A DNA stretch of 64,000 nucleotides from Malacoraja senta. Its lineage: Eukaryota. Shown in pieces: positions 38,001 to 52,400 of the stretch. The stretch covers positions 27,714,001-27,778,000 of the forward strand of contig CM075980.1 in the NCBI GenBank assembly GCA_038087875.1, read 5' to 3'. The first letter of the stretch is position 1; every line of letters starts with the position of its first letter. The position numbers and the translations under genes were made by a program. The notes beneath the pieces were generated by a model that worked only from the letters and a program-made list of their open reading frames with translations, was not told where the DNA came from and did no database searches.

Positions 38001-38600
38001 TTGGGATGCCGGTGGAAATCTCCTCGGACCGGGGTCCACATTCACCTAACTGTGGTCGGCCATCGGTCACCTGTTGGGTGTGCGGCTGCATCACACCACA
38101 GCCTATCACCCGCAGGCAAACGGCCTGGTGGAGAGGTTCCACCGGCAGCTCAAGGCAGCGCTGAAGGCGCGACTCGCCGGCCCGGACTGGATGGACACAC
38201 TGCCGTGGGTCTTGCTGGGCATTCGAACTGCGCCTAAGGAGAACTTGGCCTCATCTTCAGCGGAGCTCGTTTACGTGTCGCCACTCACGGTGCCCGGGGT
38301 GTTCATGCCGTCGGCGCCGGGGCAGTAGGGACCGCCCTCATCCACCCTACAGCGCCTTCGCGAGCGAGTTGGCAGGCTCGCGCCAGTGCCGACATCACGC
38401 CATGGGACATTCCACTTGCACATGCCAACGGCCCTCCGGGACTGCCCCTATGTTTTCCTGCGCCGTGACGCCCACCACTCCAGAGGACGTATGAAGCCCC
38501 GTTCCGGGTGCTGGAGCACGGACAGACAACCTTTGTGTTGGACATGGGGGGCCGGCTGGAGGACGTGTCGATTGATCGGTTAAAGCAGGCACATTTGGAC
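35036..38600 (+). pseudogene. gag-pol pseudogene of the Gypsy element (multiple frameshifts)
   Basis: Gag N-terminus KLPTFW...[21 protein letters not shown]; PR/RT in ORF 34744..36693; RT/RH/IN pieces in ORFs 36768..37397, 37713..38237, 38074..38328, 38508..38834. Confidence 0.9.
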
Positions 38601-38679
38601 ATTGACCAGCCTCGGCCGCGAGGTCGCCACCCTTCGCGGCTCCCTCCACCTGTGCCTCCGCCGGCCCCTGTCGGCCGAC

Positions 38680-38807
38680 TAAAGGGCAGGGGTTTAGGCG
38701 CGATCGGTCTCTTGCAGACCCGACTGGACAAGAGAACAACAACTAATAAAATTCCTCCCAAAATACCTGGCTCCTCGCTTTCATTTCGGGCTTATCGCCG
38801 CGCCACA
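38680..38807 (+). repeat. 3' LTR, 5'-truncated
   Basis: Aligns to 34886-35004; first ~90 bp of LTR and the polypurine tract are absent. Confidence 0.88.
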
Positions 38808-41229
38808 ATATCGGTAAAAGACAAGCCAAAATAGTACTTCTCCCAGGCAGCAGATGAAATCACGTATTGTTCAAGCGGAGCTCAGACGGCTGTATTGTTG
38901 CATGTTGTGATGAATGTGTGAGGATTATAAAGAAATTACAGGACAAGAAAAACTTAATATGCGAACAATAGGCATCAATTTGTCGATTCGTCTTCTGTAT
39001 ATGACTGAATTTGTGGAGAGGGGGAAAAAAAGTTGGCAATTGACAGAAGACAAAGAGGAGCATTTCGGCAACCATTAGCACTGGCAAAATAATATGGTGA
39101 AGACGTTAGTTTTGCATAAAATTCAGAAGTCATTATCACAAGTCAATTTCATAGAATTTCATGAACTCCATTATTTTCAAATGTATTTAGAGTAAATAGT
39201 GAGTATGGAGATAGAATGTATAACAGATGAGAGATGTGGCACAGCAAAAGTTAAAGCTTTAAAGATCTTTGTGCTGTTGCCAGAGGTCAAAGCAATTTTG
39301 ATCATGAAAAAGGGGCTGTCACTTACCTGGAGGTTGACAACAGGCTTTATAATATTTTCCTACCTGTGCATTTTAATAATCTGAACATTGCCTGTCTGTC
39401 TGCCCCCCCCCCCCCCCCCCACTACAAATACTCTAGTCTGTATAGCAATAGAAAATACTTAATTCTGTATAGTTGGGTCTCTGAAAATCAATTACAGATA
39501 ATGCTTACAGGTGTGATGCACCAAGAGATCCCAATAATAATGTCTGATGCCACCAAAGTGGTTCTTCAGAACCAGAACAACACTCCTGGAAAAGCATCTG
39601 TTGGTACATATAATTGTTTTATGATTGTAAATGTCTGAATATTCTAATTTTAAAATCAGAGATATTGATTAGAAAATGATTTAGCAAATTATGCTGTCAA
39701 ACACCCAAAAATCACTAGTTATTTTTGCTGCATCTTAAACAAGTTTTAGCAAATTGTTGCTTCATGGCAGTCTGAGCAGAAGCCAGGATGATCATAAAAA
39801 TGGCGTTTGTGCCTTCCTATAATGAAAATATCAATGTATAGTCACTTAAGCGGTCCTTAGAAAAAGTGTGTATTTCCACCTGATTCCCCCCCTAAAAACT
39901 CAACGGACTATTGAGTTAGATGCAAAGTTCTGCCACAGAATTTAATGGATTCCTATTAAAACCTACACAGCTGATACTTCTATTTTGCTGATAAAATATT
40001 TGCTTGCTGTACTACTGAGTGCCCAAGTTGCATCAATGGAAAACAATTTAAAAAGAACACTTAATTCCATGCAATGATTTGAAAGAAAAAGAATCAAGCC
40101 AAGATATTATCTTTTGTTACATCCTCCGCACATGGTCCCCAGTCTGAGCATTTCCAGCATTAGGTTTATATTTCAGATTTCTAACATCCATAGCTTTTTA
40201 AATAAACTTTTTTAGTATTTAAAATAACCTTTGTTTGAAAAATGGAGAAATATTTGACAGTACCAGGAAATAAAATATCCATGTCAAGTGGTCAGGGAAT
40301 ACAAAAGAAAAAGACCCAGTTCGTTTAGACTTTTCATTATTGCTTATTTTAAACTGTATTGGACAGTGACAATTCCATTTGTATGTTGTGAGCAGGCAGG
40401 TAGCAACATATTGAACATGCACGCTGTTTTAAACGAGGGAATGGGGGACTTGTGTCCAAATGCACAAGACTCAACTGACAGACAACCAGTTACCAGCAAC
40501 ATTTTCCTTTCTGAATTTATTAATATGAATTTATATATTTAGCAAAAGCTACATATTGTGACAAAACTATGTCAAGCATCCTAGCAAGATTATTTATGAG
40601 ATTGATTGAAAAACAAATTAGTTAGCAGTAAAGGGCTCAACTGAGGAGAAACACAAGTGGTGTACATAAAACATTAACCTCAAATCCCTCAGAATGGAGT
40701 ACGTATATTCGGCATTCATTCTACACAACAAAGGTTCAGGAAAATAAGGCATGGATGAATTACATCATTATATATATTACATTTTATTTTTATTGAACTT
40801 GCAGTAATATCTTCACCAAAGCTGAGCACCCACAGTGAAGTCAAATGGCGATGGTAGAAAAATTCCACTCGGCAGGTTTTCAGGAGTTCTGAACTTGAAT
40901 TCAAAATCAGAACAAGGAATTTCCAGACTATTTTTTTTTTGTTTCCTCATAGCAGACTCAGGGGAGATTAAATTATGATTTATAAAATTATGAATGGCCA
41001 AGACAGGGTGGATAGGAATGACCTATTTTCCCTACCAAAAGGGATCTATAATTAGGGATAAAGATTTTAGATGTATCAAAGGAGAAAAAAGTACTCATTG
41101 GATGATTAGAGTCATCACGGTGGAAGTTCTGGAACAGCCTGAAAGAGTGGTGGTGAAAAATCCTCATCACAGTTTAAAAGTTGTCTCTTTTTATGCTGCT
41201 AATTACTATGATTTCAAGACTTAAACAGT

Positions 41230-41985
41230 GAAGTCAAGTCACATTTATTTATATAGCACATTTTAAAACAACTCTCGTTGACCAAAGTGCTTTACATTTG
41301 TTATAAGAATAGTATAAACAAGCAAACTACATACATATATACAAATAGAACCTCGCTCAGAGGACGTCAGGAAAGGCTTGGGAGAACTGATACGTTTTTA
41401 GTCTAGACTTAAAAGAGTCGATGGAGGGGGCAGTTCTGATGGGGAGGGGGATGCTGTTCCACAGTCTAGGAGTTGCAACCGCAAAGGCGCGGTCGCCCCT
41501 GAGCTTATGCCTAGACCGCGGGACATTCAGCAACCCCAAGTCGGCCGATCTGAGGGACCTGGAGGTGGTGTAGTGGGTGAGAAGACTTTTAATGTAGGTG
41601 GGTGCAAGCCCATTGAGGGCTTTGTAGACAAAGAGGAGGGTCTTGACATTTATTCAGAACCACACAGGAAGCCAGTGGAGAGAGGCCAGGATCGGGGTGA
41701 TGTGGTCCCTTTTTCGGGTGCCCGTCAGGAGTCTCGCTGCAGCGTTTTCGACCAGTTGCAGGCGGGACAGGGAAGATTGGCTGCCAGTGTAAAGGGAGTT
41801 GCAGTAATCTAGGCGGGAGGAGATAAATGTATGGATGATCTTTTCGAGGTCATCAAATTGGAGGAATTGTTTTATTTTAGCTATCATCCGATGCTGAAAG
41901 AAGCTAGCTTTTACCACGGCAGACTTGTTTGTCAAATTTCAGTGCTGAGTCAAATATCACGCCAAGGTTTTTGACATGAGGTGAA
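41230..41985 (-). mobile_element. L2-clade LINE 3' fragment
   Basis: SRLDYCNSL..LQLVENAAARLLTG..HITPILASLHWLPV; GDRAFAVATPRLWNSIP..FKSRLKT; (TTGAC)n tail. Confidence 0.9.
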
Positions 41986-42289
41986 GGTACTGTTGCCTCT
42001 AGGCTGTGACCATTATACAGAATTCTTGATTAATTATTTGATAAATGCCAATCATTAAATCTGCTTGCCTCAAAACTATTCTCTAATTTCTTTCCAAAAC
42101 ATGTGGCCATCTCCAAAATCTTTTCCGTAAGTCCCCATCTGAAACTCTCTATCCAAATTTCTTCCACTGCCATAGCACTCACAAGGTTCTCCTCAAAAAT
42201 GGAAGAATATTTACTGTTATTATGATGGAAGGAATCCATCTCTCTTCATCTTTCTCACTTTGCACTCAGGAGATTCATCGTTCTGGCAC

Positions 42290-43055
42290 CTAATTCAAGT
42301 ATATAGTTCCCTGAAAATGGGAACGCTGGGTAGACAGGGTGACAATAAACTAAACTGGTTAAAAAAGAATTTCACTGCGTTAGCACGTGACAATAAAAGC
42401 TCCATTGAAAGTGGCGTCATAGGTAGATAAGGTGGTCAAGAAGGCTTTCGGCACATTGGCCTTCATCAATCAGAGTACTAAGTATAGAAGTTGGGAGGTA
42501 ATGTTACAGTTGTACAAGACATTGGTGAAGTCACATTTGGAGTATGGTGTTCAGTTTCGGACCTTGTTATAGGAAATACGTTGTGAAGCTTAAAAGGACA
42601 CAGAGAAGATTTATGACGATATTGCCAGGACTTGAGGGCCTGAGTTATAGATAGAGGTTGAGCAGGCTAGGACTTTATTCCTTGGAGCACAGGAGAATGA
42701 AGGGTAATCTTAGAGGTGTATAAAATCATGAGAGGATTAGATAGAGTACTCAGTAGTCTTTTACCCAGAGTAGGCAAATCAAAAAACCAGATGACATAGG
42801 TTTAAGGTGAGGGGGGGGAAATTTAATAGGAAATTGAGGCGACTTTTTTTTTTTTTTAAACACACATAGAGTGGTGGGTATATAAAACAAGTTGCCAGAG
42901 GAGGTTGATGAGGCAGGTACTGTTACAGCGTTTAGAAAAACATTTGGACAGGTATTTGGAAAGAGTAGGATTAGAGGATACGGGCCAAATGCAGGCAGGT
43001 AGGACAAGTGTAGATGGGAGATGTTGTTGCCGTATTTCCATGTTGTACGACTATG
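42290..43055 (+). mobile_element. Degraded CR1 LINE ORF2 3' fragment
   Basis: LYKTLVKSHLEYGVQF...QRRF..LPGLEGLSY..RL..LGLYSLE. Confidence 0.85.
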
Positions 43056-43089
43056 AGTTCAGCTGTACCCTCGAACACTGACCGGCAGT

Positions 43090-43880
43090 CTGGTCCAACT
43101 CTCAACTATGCTTCTGTTATGGCTATAATATCCCATGTGACCTGAATACATCTGCTTTACCCATCAGGCTTTTTGCATTGAAATAAATGCAGTTTAGTCT
43201 TTCGAACCTTTGTCGTTCCCTGCCTTGCCCCTGGCCGTCCTGTACACTGAGCTTACTTGCTTTGACATTTAGATTTGTCTCAACCTGCCCATCAGCCAAA
43301 CTATTACTTTCGGTCCCACGTCCTCTGCTGGACAAGTTTAAACCCTCTCTAGCAGCACGAGCAAGTCTCCCTCCAGTTCAGGAGCAACCTGTTCCAGTTG
43401 TTCAGAGCACTTCTGTCCCAGAGGAAATCCCAATGGTCAAAGAACCTGACCCATTCCCTCTGCCACTCATCCATCTGTCTTGTCCTCCTATTCCTACTCT
43501 CACTACAAATTCCAGACATTACGGCCCTGCTTTTTAACTTTCTGCCTCGCTCTCCATATTCACTCTGCACGACTCCACTCTTTTTATTACTAATGTCGTT
43601 GGTATCAATGTGTACAACGACTTGCAGCTGCTCATCCGTTCCCTTGAGAATGTTCTGTAACTGCTTGGAGACATCCTTGACCTGGCACCAGGGGAGGCAA
43701 CACACCATCTTGGAGTCAAGTTCACGGCCACAGAATCTTGTCTGATTCCTTGTTATCAAAGCTCCTAACTGTACCACTCTCCTATCTTTAACGCTCCCTG
43801 TGTACATCAGAGCCTGTCGTTATGCCACAGACCTGGCTGCTGCAGCTCTTTGAAAAACCGTCTCCTCCAACAGAATCCAA
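43090..43880 (-). mobile_element. CR1 LINE 5' fragment: ORF1 esterase-like region and start of ORF2
   Basis: VCCLPW.QVKDVS..LQNILKG....VVVHIDTNDI; LNCIYFNAKSLMGKAD; the tail of this piece recurs at 1-100. Confidence 0.8.
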
Positions 43881-46800
43881 AACTGGACACTATTCTTCGA
43901 CATAATACTATATATGTTATTATGCTCTGTATTTGTTTAAGAAAGAACTGCAGATGCTGGAAAAATCAAAAATAGACAAAAATGCTGGAGGAACTCAGCG
44001 AGTGAGGCAGCATCTATGGAGAGAAGGAATAGGTGATGTTTTGGGCAGAGACCCTTCTTCAATCTTAGGTAATAAACTACTCTTGGGCAGATGTTTAGAA
44101 ATGTTACTTTCAAATGAACAGATATTTAAATCTCTTACTGCCTTAGCATTACATCACATCAAATTTCCTACATAGGGAGAAACTTAATTTATACTGCAAC
44201 TTAAATGATTGCAGAAGGCAATTACGGTCCGATCTTAAAAGGTGCAATCTCTGTTCTCTATCAATTTGGCAAAATAAGACAAAAAATAGCAATGTGATAA
44301 TGACCAAACATTTTTTTCAACGTTGCTGGCTGAGATCAATATTGCCCTGAACACCTGCTGTTCTTCATGTCATGGGATCTTTTCCATCCATCTTGGGAGG
44401 AAGATGGGACTTTGGTTTAATGTCACTTATGAAAAATGGCATCCTTGCAGGCCCATAATTCACAGCACTGCTCTGGAATGTCATCATTGATTTTGTGTTC
44501 AAGTAACAGTTATACAAGAGAAACATGTCAACACTACAGAAGTGTTCCCTAGATGTTTGGTTGGTAGCTCCGATTATTTTTAAATGTTAAAATAAACTTT
44601 AGTTTAGGATGACGAGATTTGTAAAAGCACATTTTTTTGTCATCACATCCACACAAATAACAATGCAGCAAAACACTAAATATTTATTGTTTAAGAAGGA
44701 AATGCAGATGCTGGAAAATCGAAGGTACACAAAAATGCTGGAGAAACTCAGCGGGTGCAGCAGCACTAAATATTTATTATTCTGTTTTGATCTTTAATAT
44801 TTTTGTGGTTTCAAATATAGTAACATCAAATATGATAGCAGATGTGTATTATCATGAATGGTTTTGGAGCTTTCTCAAATCCTATGTACTTCCTCCATAC
44901 TTAGATATTTCACTTGGTGGAAATTTACTACTTCATATCACATTGCATAATTACTGAACAATTACACTAGGAAACATCAAAAAGCTCTTGTTCCCATTTT
45001 GATTTTGTATTCATTTAGAATAAATTACACATAACAGATCTGTCTTAGTCTACAGAACACTCAAATAAGTTTCCAAAATGGAAAAAAATCTGAAACAAGT
45101 CCCTTTCACTTTGAGCACCTACTACTGAAGGAACTCAGTGGGTCAGGCAGAGTCTGTTGAGAGGAATGTTTAGACGAGGTTTTGGGCCAGGAACATTCCT
45201 AGAGTCTGAAGGGCACCGACCCGAAACGTCGACTATCCATTCCCCTCCACAGATGCTACCCGACCTGCTGTGTTCCTCCTACTGTTTGTTTTTTGTTCAA
45301 GATTCCAGCCTCTGCAGTTTCTTATGTCACCACTTAGTTTAGAGATTATTGAAAAATGTTTCTTATATAAATAGCGATTAAGGGCCTATACTCTTGGTTT
45401 TGGAAAAGAATGAAAGGTGATCTCATTGAAACATAAAACATTCTGATCAGGCTTAGCAGGGTTCTCTTGGCTGGGGTACCCAGAAACAGGGATCAAATTA
45501 AGTATGGATGACATTTAAAGACAGAATAAAAATGTCTTTACCTGCAGGATAGTAAATAACTGAAATTCTCTCAAGAAATGTTGGAAGCAGTCACCCAATG
45601 TACTTTATTGAAAGGTATAGCCTAGTAACAAGCCCTTCAGCCCACCGAGTCCATGCGGACCATCCATCACCTGTTCACACTAGTTCTATGTTACCCCACC
45701 TTTACATCCACTCTCTAAACACTAGGGGCAATTTATGGAGGCTAACTAACCTACAAACCCACATCTTTGGATTGTAGGAGGAAACATAAGCACCCGGAGG
45801 AAACACCCAGTCACAGGCAGAATGTCCAAACTCCACACAGGCAACACCCGACGTCAGGATCGAACCTGGGTCTCTGGCGCTGTGAGACAGCAGCTCTACC
45901 AGCTGTGCTGCCCTCGACGATAAAGACATACAGATTTTTAGATATTATTAAGGGACCCAAAGCATAAAAAGTTAGTACGGAAAAGCAAGGCTGTGAATCA
46001 AGCGGGAACGAGGGGCCAAATGGCCAAACCCTCCTTCCAGTTCAAATTTCATTGGATACTTAGTGGCACAAGGTCATCTCCTTTAGATGTTTTTCTACAT
46101 TGAAGACAATTTATATCAACGTGTTTTTATTTATTTCCAAATTCACTGTTTGCTATTTAGTGAGAAATTTATGTGGTACTTTATTTAGTGCAACTTTGGT
46201 CATTCAATGTGATATCTAAGTTGGTGACAGATATCAAATTTCTGTTATAAAACAGAAATTCGATATCTGTCACCAACTTAGATATCACATTGAATGACCA
46301 AAGGTGCACTAAATAAAGTACCACATAAATTTCTCACTAAATAGCAAACAGTGAATTTAGTATTTTAAAAAGCTTTAAAACAGATGAGTACGGTATTAAA
46401 AGCCTCAAGCTACACCCACATTTGCAATATAGTTTTAGGAGAGGTTTCCTGAAGGATATTGCAGATTTCCAATATCTGCAGGGTTTTCTATTTTCATTCC
46501 TATGGATAGATTTAGAAGCTGCTACCAATAGTTAAGGAAATCTTCATACTGCCAAAATCCTTTGCTATTAACTACTATGCTTTTGTTCAACCATAATAAC
46601 CATTGGATTCCATGAATTCATAAAAATATTTGACTTTTTAATGAAAATCTAAAATAATTGCAAGTGCTGGAAATCTGATATAAAACAGAACATTTTGAAA
46701 ACACTGAAGACGCCAGACAGCATCTGTCAAAAGAGAAAACAAATTTACATTTCAGGTCAAATGCCCTTTCTCAGAACTACGATAAAAAATAAACCAGCCA

Positions 46801-49296
46801 GCTGTAAGTTTCAGTGAAGTCTGGTGAGAAATAGACCAGCCAGAAGAAATATCTCTGATAGGCTGAAGATGGTGATAATCTGTTGATTAAACCATCTGGG
46901 GGGAGGGGGAGGAGAGAGGGGGGAGAGGGGGGGGAGGGAGAGAGGGAGAGAGGGAGAAAAAACAAAGGTACGTGTGGAAATTGAGAAATACTAATTTTGA
47001 GCTATAGGAAATGCTCATCTGTGGTAATGGGCAGTGAAAACATGCAGCACATTTTTTTATGATGGTCCTGATCCTGCTGGTTTGATTCTACTGAATTTAA
47101 TGACTACTCACAGTCCTCCATGTCCATTCTTATCTAGTCCAGACACAGATGCCAAACTTGCTGATCTTATGCAGCCCATAGTCCAGTGACTTGCTTGCAA
47201 GTTCTGACATTGCACAGTTACTGCTGGAAGGAGTACCCTCCTCTGGTACATTGGAGCAGCACATGGACAATGTTGTTGTTTTTATAGAAAAGTTATATTG
47301 AATTTGGTGGAGAAAGATTACATTTGTCCATTTCTATGCAAGTATATTTTTGATGGCTGCCTAACAATCTCTCATACTTAAAATAAACCTTTAAAAGATC
47401 CTTTTTAATTAAACTAAAATTAGTTTTGTTTATTCTACTTTAGAAACACAGCGTGTAAAAAGGCCCTTCAACCCGAGTACATGCTGACCAACGATCATCC
47501 GTGCACTAGTTCTATCCTACACACTAGGGACAATTTATAGAAGCCAATTAACCTACAAAAGTCTAGGAAGGAACTGCATATGTTGGAAAAACCAAAGATA
47601 GACACAAAAAGCTGGAGTAACTCAGCAAGACAGGGAGCATCTCTGGAGAGAAGGAATGGGTGACATTTCGGGTTGAGACCCTTCTTCAAACTAGTTAGGG
47701 ATAAGGGAAACGTGAGATATAGACGATGATGTAGAGAGATAAAGAACGATAAATGAAAGATATGTGAAAATAGTAACGATGATAAAGGAAAGGCCTTTGT
47801 TAGCTGGTTGTTGGTCGAAAACAAGAAGCTGGTGCGACTTTGATGGGGGAGGGATAGAGAAAGAGAGAGGAAATGCAGGGGTTACTTGAAGTTAGAGAAA
47901 TCAATATTCATACCACTGGGCTGTAAGCTGCCCAAGCGAAATATGAGGTGCTGTTCTTCCAATCTGCGTTTAGCCTCACTCCGACAATGGAGGAGACCTA
48001 GGATAAGAAAAGTATGTGTGGGAATGGGCAGGAGAATGAAAGTGTTTAGCAAACGGGAGATCAGGTAGGTTCAGGCGGATTGAGCGAAGGTGTTCAGCAA
48101 AATGATCTCCCAGTCTACGTTTTTGCCTTGCCGATGTATAAAAGTTCACATCTTCAACAACGGATACAGTAGATGAGGTTGGAGGAGGTTCAAGTGAACC
48201 TCTGCCCAACCTGAAAGGACTGTCGGGGGCCCTGGATAGATTCGAGGGAGGAGGTATAGTGACAGGTGTTGTATCTTTTACGGTTGCAGGGGAAGGTACC
48301 TGGGGAGGGGATGGTTTGAGTGGGAAGGGATGAGTTAACCAGGGAGTTGCGGAGGGAACGGTCTCTGCAGAAGGCGGAAAGGGGTGGCGATGGGAAGATG
48401 TGACCAGTGTTAGGATCCCATTGGAGTTGGCAAAAAGTTGAGGATTATGTTTTATGCGACAGCTGATGGGATGAAAGGCAAGGCCTAGGGGGACAGTCTC
48501 TGTTGCGACTAGGGGGAGGCGGAGCCAGGGCAAAGCTGCATGGTACCGAGGAGACACGTGTGAGGGCCTCATCTATGATGGGAGGGTGGAGTCCCCACTC
48601 CCTAAAGAATGAGGACATCTCACAAAGACTATTCCCTACTCCCAATTCCTCCGTCCACGCCACATCTGCGCCCAAGATGAGGTATTCCTCGCATGGATCA
48701 CCTCATCTTGGGCGCAGATGCAGTATAGGCAGAGGAATTGGGAGTAGGGGATAGAGTCTTAGCAGGAAGCATGGTGGAAGAAGTGCAGTCGAAATTGTTG
48801 TGGGAGTTAGTGGGTTTGTAATAGACGTCAGTTGATAGTCTATATCCTGTGATGGAGACTGTGAGATCAAGAAAGGGAAGGGAGGTGTCATTGGTTCCAT
48901 CCTGCACTCAAATTTACTTTGACAATCTCCGATACCTTCCTCCCCTTTCTTGATCAGCTTGCTCTCAACTTATTTTTTTCTTTTCCACTTAAATTCACTG
49001 TCCATTCATGATCTGACCGAGCTAAAATTAAAATTTTCAAAAAACATTTCCTGGTTCAGACTCTTCCTTGCTAAACAGTGATCCTTGAATGCAATTGGTT
49101 ATAGAGATCAAGAAGTTTGCAATTATGACGAGTCCCTGTTCCTCTACTGTCTCGTGCCAAAATGGCTTTCTAATCACAGGATTATCCACAGAAATTCTGT
49201 AGGCAAATGGAATCAATAGCTGGCACAGTTCGTTTGTCAATAAATATAAAATTTGCACCACTAACTTGGCCTTTCGGAACCTAGAAGAAAACTTAC

Positions 49297-49421
49297 CTTC
49301 TTCAAAGTTTCTTCAGCTGTTGAAAAATTTAGATTTTTGACAAATAATGTGCATCCTGGAATACATTCATCCTCTTCCTCACATGAATCATTTTCATTTG
49401 TTGCTAGTACATCTTGATCAT
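49297..49421 (-). CDS. RBM19: Second copy of the RBM19 exon ...PGCTLFVKNLNFSTAEETLKK
   Basis: Same sequence as 5517-5641, offset 43780. Confidence 0.9.
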
Positions 49422-52400
49422 CTGCAAAATATGAAAAATTTGCTCAGTTTCTATTTGCCATTTTCTTATTGTTAACATCTAATAATTATTTGCCAAAATA
49501 AATGGCAAGGAATGTATATACCAGTGCTCTTTTCATTCTGCTGACTCACTGATTTACAGTGCCTAATATTTGATATTTGACATTTTAGTTGATTCCTTCA
49601 AAACAAGTACCTTGTCCTTAAACAAGAGCAAAATAACTTATCAATTGAAGTTGAAACCTTGCAATGTCAGTAGAACTGGGCAAAATGTATCTGTCAAAAC
49701 TTGCATAGTTATATAAAATAATTTTTTTTTTTTACTTGCTTTTTCATTCCATACCTGTCAAAGCCAAGAACTGCTTAACAGACTAATTCAAAATTAGATA
49801 GGAAACGCAGTCAACTATTTGGTAAAATATTGTTGTGTACTGCAGTTCAATCTTGTCAGTAGTAATGAGCACAAGTGTGCAGAATATCTTTTTGACAGCC
49901 TTGCACAATATTAAATAAAACACGCTTGGAGGATACTTGCCAAAAGCCAGAGGAAATAGTTGAGGCAGATAAAATAACATATAAAAGTCATATTTTTTTA
50001 TTTCCCAAAATAATCTTTATTCAGATGTGGACAGGTACGTTCTAACATGTACTTAACTATCTCATGATCATTATGGTTGGCTCTTTGTAACAAGTAAAGG
50101 CCTAAAATAATCTATGTGAAAAATAAATGTATCTTTAAAATATTAACATTCACTGAACATTTTCTGAAGCAAGCACAATTGCAAGAAAACCTCTGTAAAT
50201 ACAGAAATTAATTCTTAAAAACATCAGAAAAATTAAACCTGCAGTTTGGATTTACAAGAAAGGCATGCTGGTCACGATTTTGGAATATCTGCACTGAAAT
50301 CTCTATAATGAAGAGACACCATCAAAGGAGAGTTAAGCGTTACTTGGTTGATAGATATTACCCTGGACTATGAATTTTAACTTGCCTGCTTACACTGAGT
50401 TTGACAGTCAAACGTTATCTCTGTGCTGATTGATGCTATTTTTGTTAAATGTTAGTTAAGTTTTATCAAGAAAATGTCTCAGGTATCAGTTGAAGCCATT
50501 CTTTCTCAGGCCAGTTAAAATGACTTCAATGTGAGTTCAGGAGTGCTCAATGAGGCATGGATGGGTTAAAATGTATAGTGCATATCTACCTTGTTCGGAA
50601 CAAAGTGGTAAACACCCTGTTCTTGTGTCGGATTTTGTGCAGCACAGCAAAATACCAAGATACAGTTACATTCGAGTACTTTTACTTTTTACAAAACACC
50701 TTGCATCTTCATGTAGAACAACGGCTTGTGAAATTTCATTGCTAAAATCAGCCATGAATATTCCTGAACCGAAGGAGAAATATTTAGAATGACGATCAAT
50801 GCTATTTTGAAGAAATTGCTTAGTTGAGTTACAAATAAGGTGGAGAAAATTGCAGAGGACAAAATACTTAAAAATTGAATTGCATGTTTTACAAATCTTT
50901 TTAGCTAAGACAGTGAGGTGTTAGTTAAGCATTTTCTTTCAGGATTGTTTGTTATGGCAGTGAGAATCAATTATTATCCTACGAACTGCAGTGACAAATA
51001 AGTTGTTTAGTTTATTATCCTCACGTGTAACGAGGTACAGTGAAAAGAGGTGTGTTGCGAGCTATCCAGTCAGCGAAAAGGCTATGCATGAATAAAATCA
51101 AGCCATCCGCAGTGTAGATACAGGATAAAGAGAATAACGTATAGTGCAAGATGAAGTCTAGTAAAGTCTGATTAAAGATAGGCCAATAGTCTCCAATGAG
51201 TTAGATGGTAGGTCAGGACCGCCCTCTAGAAGGTGATAGGACAGTTCAGTTGCCTGATAACAGCTGGGAAGAAACTGTCCCTGTATCTGGAGATATGCGT
51301 TTTCAGACTTCTGTACCTCTGGCCAGAGGGGAGAAGAGGGGTGAAACCAATGAATTTAGGTAAGTTATCAAACTGCTCAGTTTCTCTTTTCTCCCATGTT
51401 CACCATTACAAATTAACAAACACATATTTAACCTAATGCATTGCCGATTTTCTTGTATCAATTATTTGCACACAGGACATTAAGGCCTCTTCCTTTAAGA
51501 TTATGTTGACCAGATTTTTGACTTGAGCAATCTAATGTTCCCTGCTAGACAACTTTTAAATGTTAACCAAAACCTCAAACTATCCACACTGCAGATGAGA
51601 CGAATACGGTCTTTGCCTTCAGCAAGGATGGCCTCATTAAAATTGGTCATTGCAATACCTGTGTCAGTAACCTCATAGAAAAGCAAGCGCAACACAACCA
51701 GTGGCTAAGGTCATTGTGTTACAAATGTTATACACTTGGCTCCTGTTGGCTAGAGTTCAAGATAGCTGTAACACCTTGCAGCTTGCCATCCACAGTTGAA
51801 TAAGGAAACCCAAATTTTAACAGATACATTTTCACAATTTTGTGAAGATTCGAGGCTTTCACAAAATGTAGGGTGCCATTGGCTATCACACAAAAGCAAT
51901 GCATGTTGTCTCTGAAATATAATCCAAGTTTAAATGATTACATTCCCTCAATAACTAGCTTGTGCAAATTGCTGTCTGTGCCCATTTAGGGAAGTTATAC
52001 AATTTAGTCCCTCAGGAAATATAGAGAAACAAATTTGGAGTTATCTGAAACTGTTCAAGTTGTAATTTGCTAAGTCACAAGACTTGGCACATTACAGCCC
52101 TCAGGACTTAACAGTGAATTCATCACTTTCAGATAACCAGTTTTTGCACATTGCATAAGAACTAGCCAGTTTTGATTAGAAGTTATCAACCTGAGATAAT
52201 TCTGTTCTTCTCTTTGCAGATGCCACCTAATCTGCTGAATATTTTCTAACATTCTCTCTTTTTACTTCAGATTTTCATGATCTGCAGCCTTTTGGTTTGC
52301 AAGTTTGTGTTTTAAAATGTCAGCATTTTGTTTTGCTTAATTTCTTTCTCCTGTTTTAATTCATATCAGTATACCTAGAATTTCTCAAAGCTCCTTATCA

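Larger units (their letters stand above)
34796..38807 (+). mobile_element. Decayed Ty3/Gypsy LTR retrotransposon, CsRn1-like clade
   Basis: TGTGGCG...CGCCACA LTR; PBS; domain order gag-PR ([11 protein letters not shown])-RT ([23 protein letters not shown])-RNase H (VDASESAVGAVL, TDHNPL)-IN (HVDIVGPLP, YHPQANGLVERFHRQLK); flanks atgt/atat resemble a degraded 4-bp TSD. Confidence 0.93.

Noticed and set aside
39321-39370. Strong CAG|GTAAGT donor on the minus strand as the next RBM19 exon
   Set aside because: No frame resembles the expected continuation of RRM5; I found no further RBM19 exon in 33954-49296 or 1-5516.
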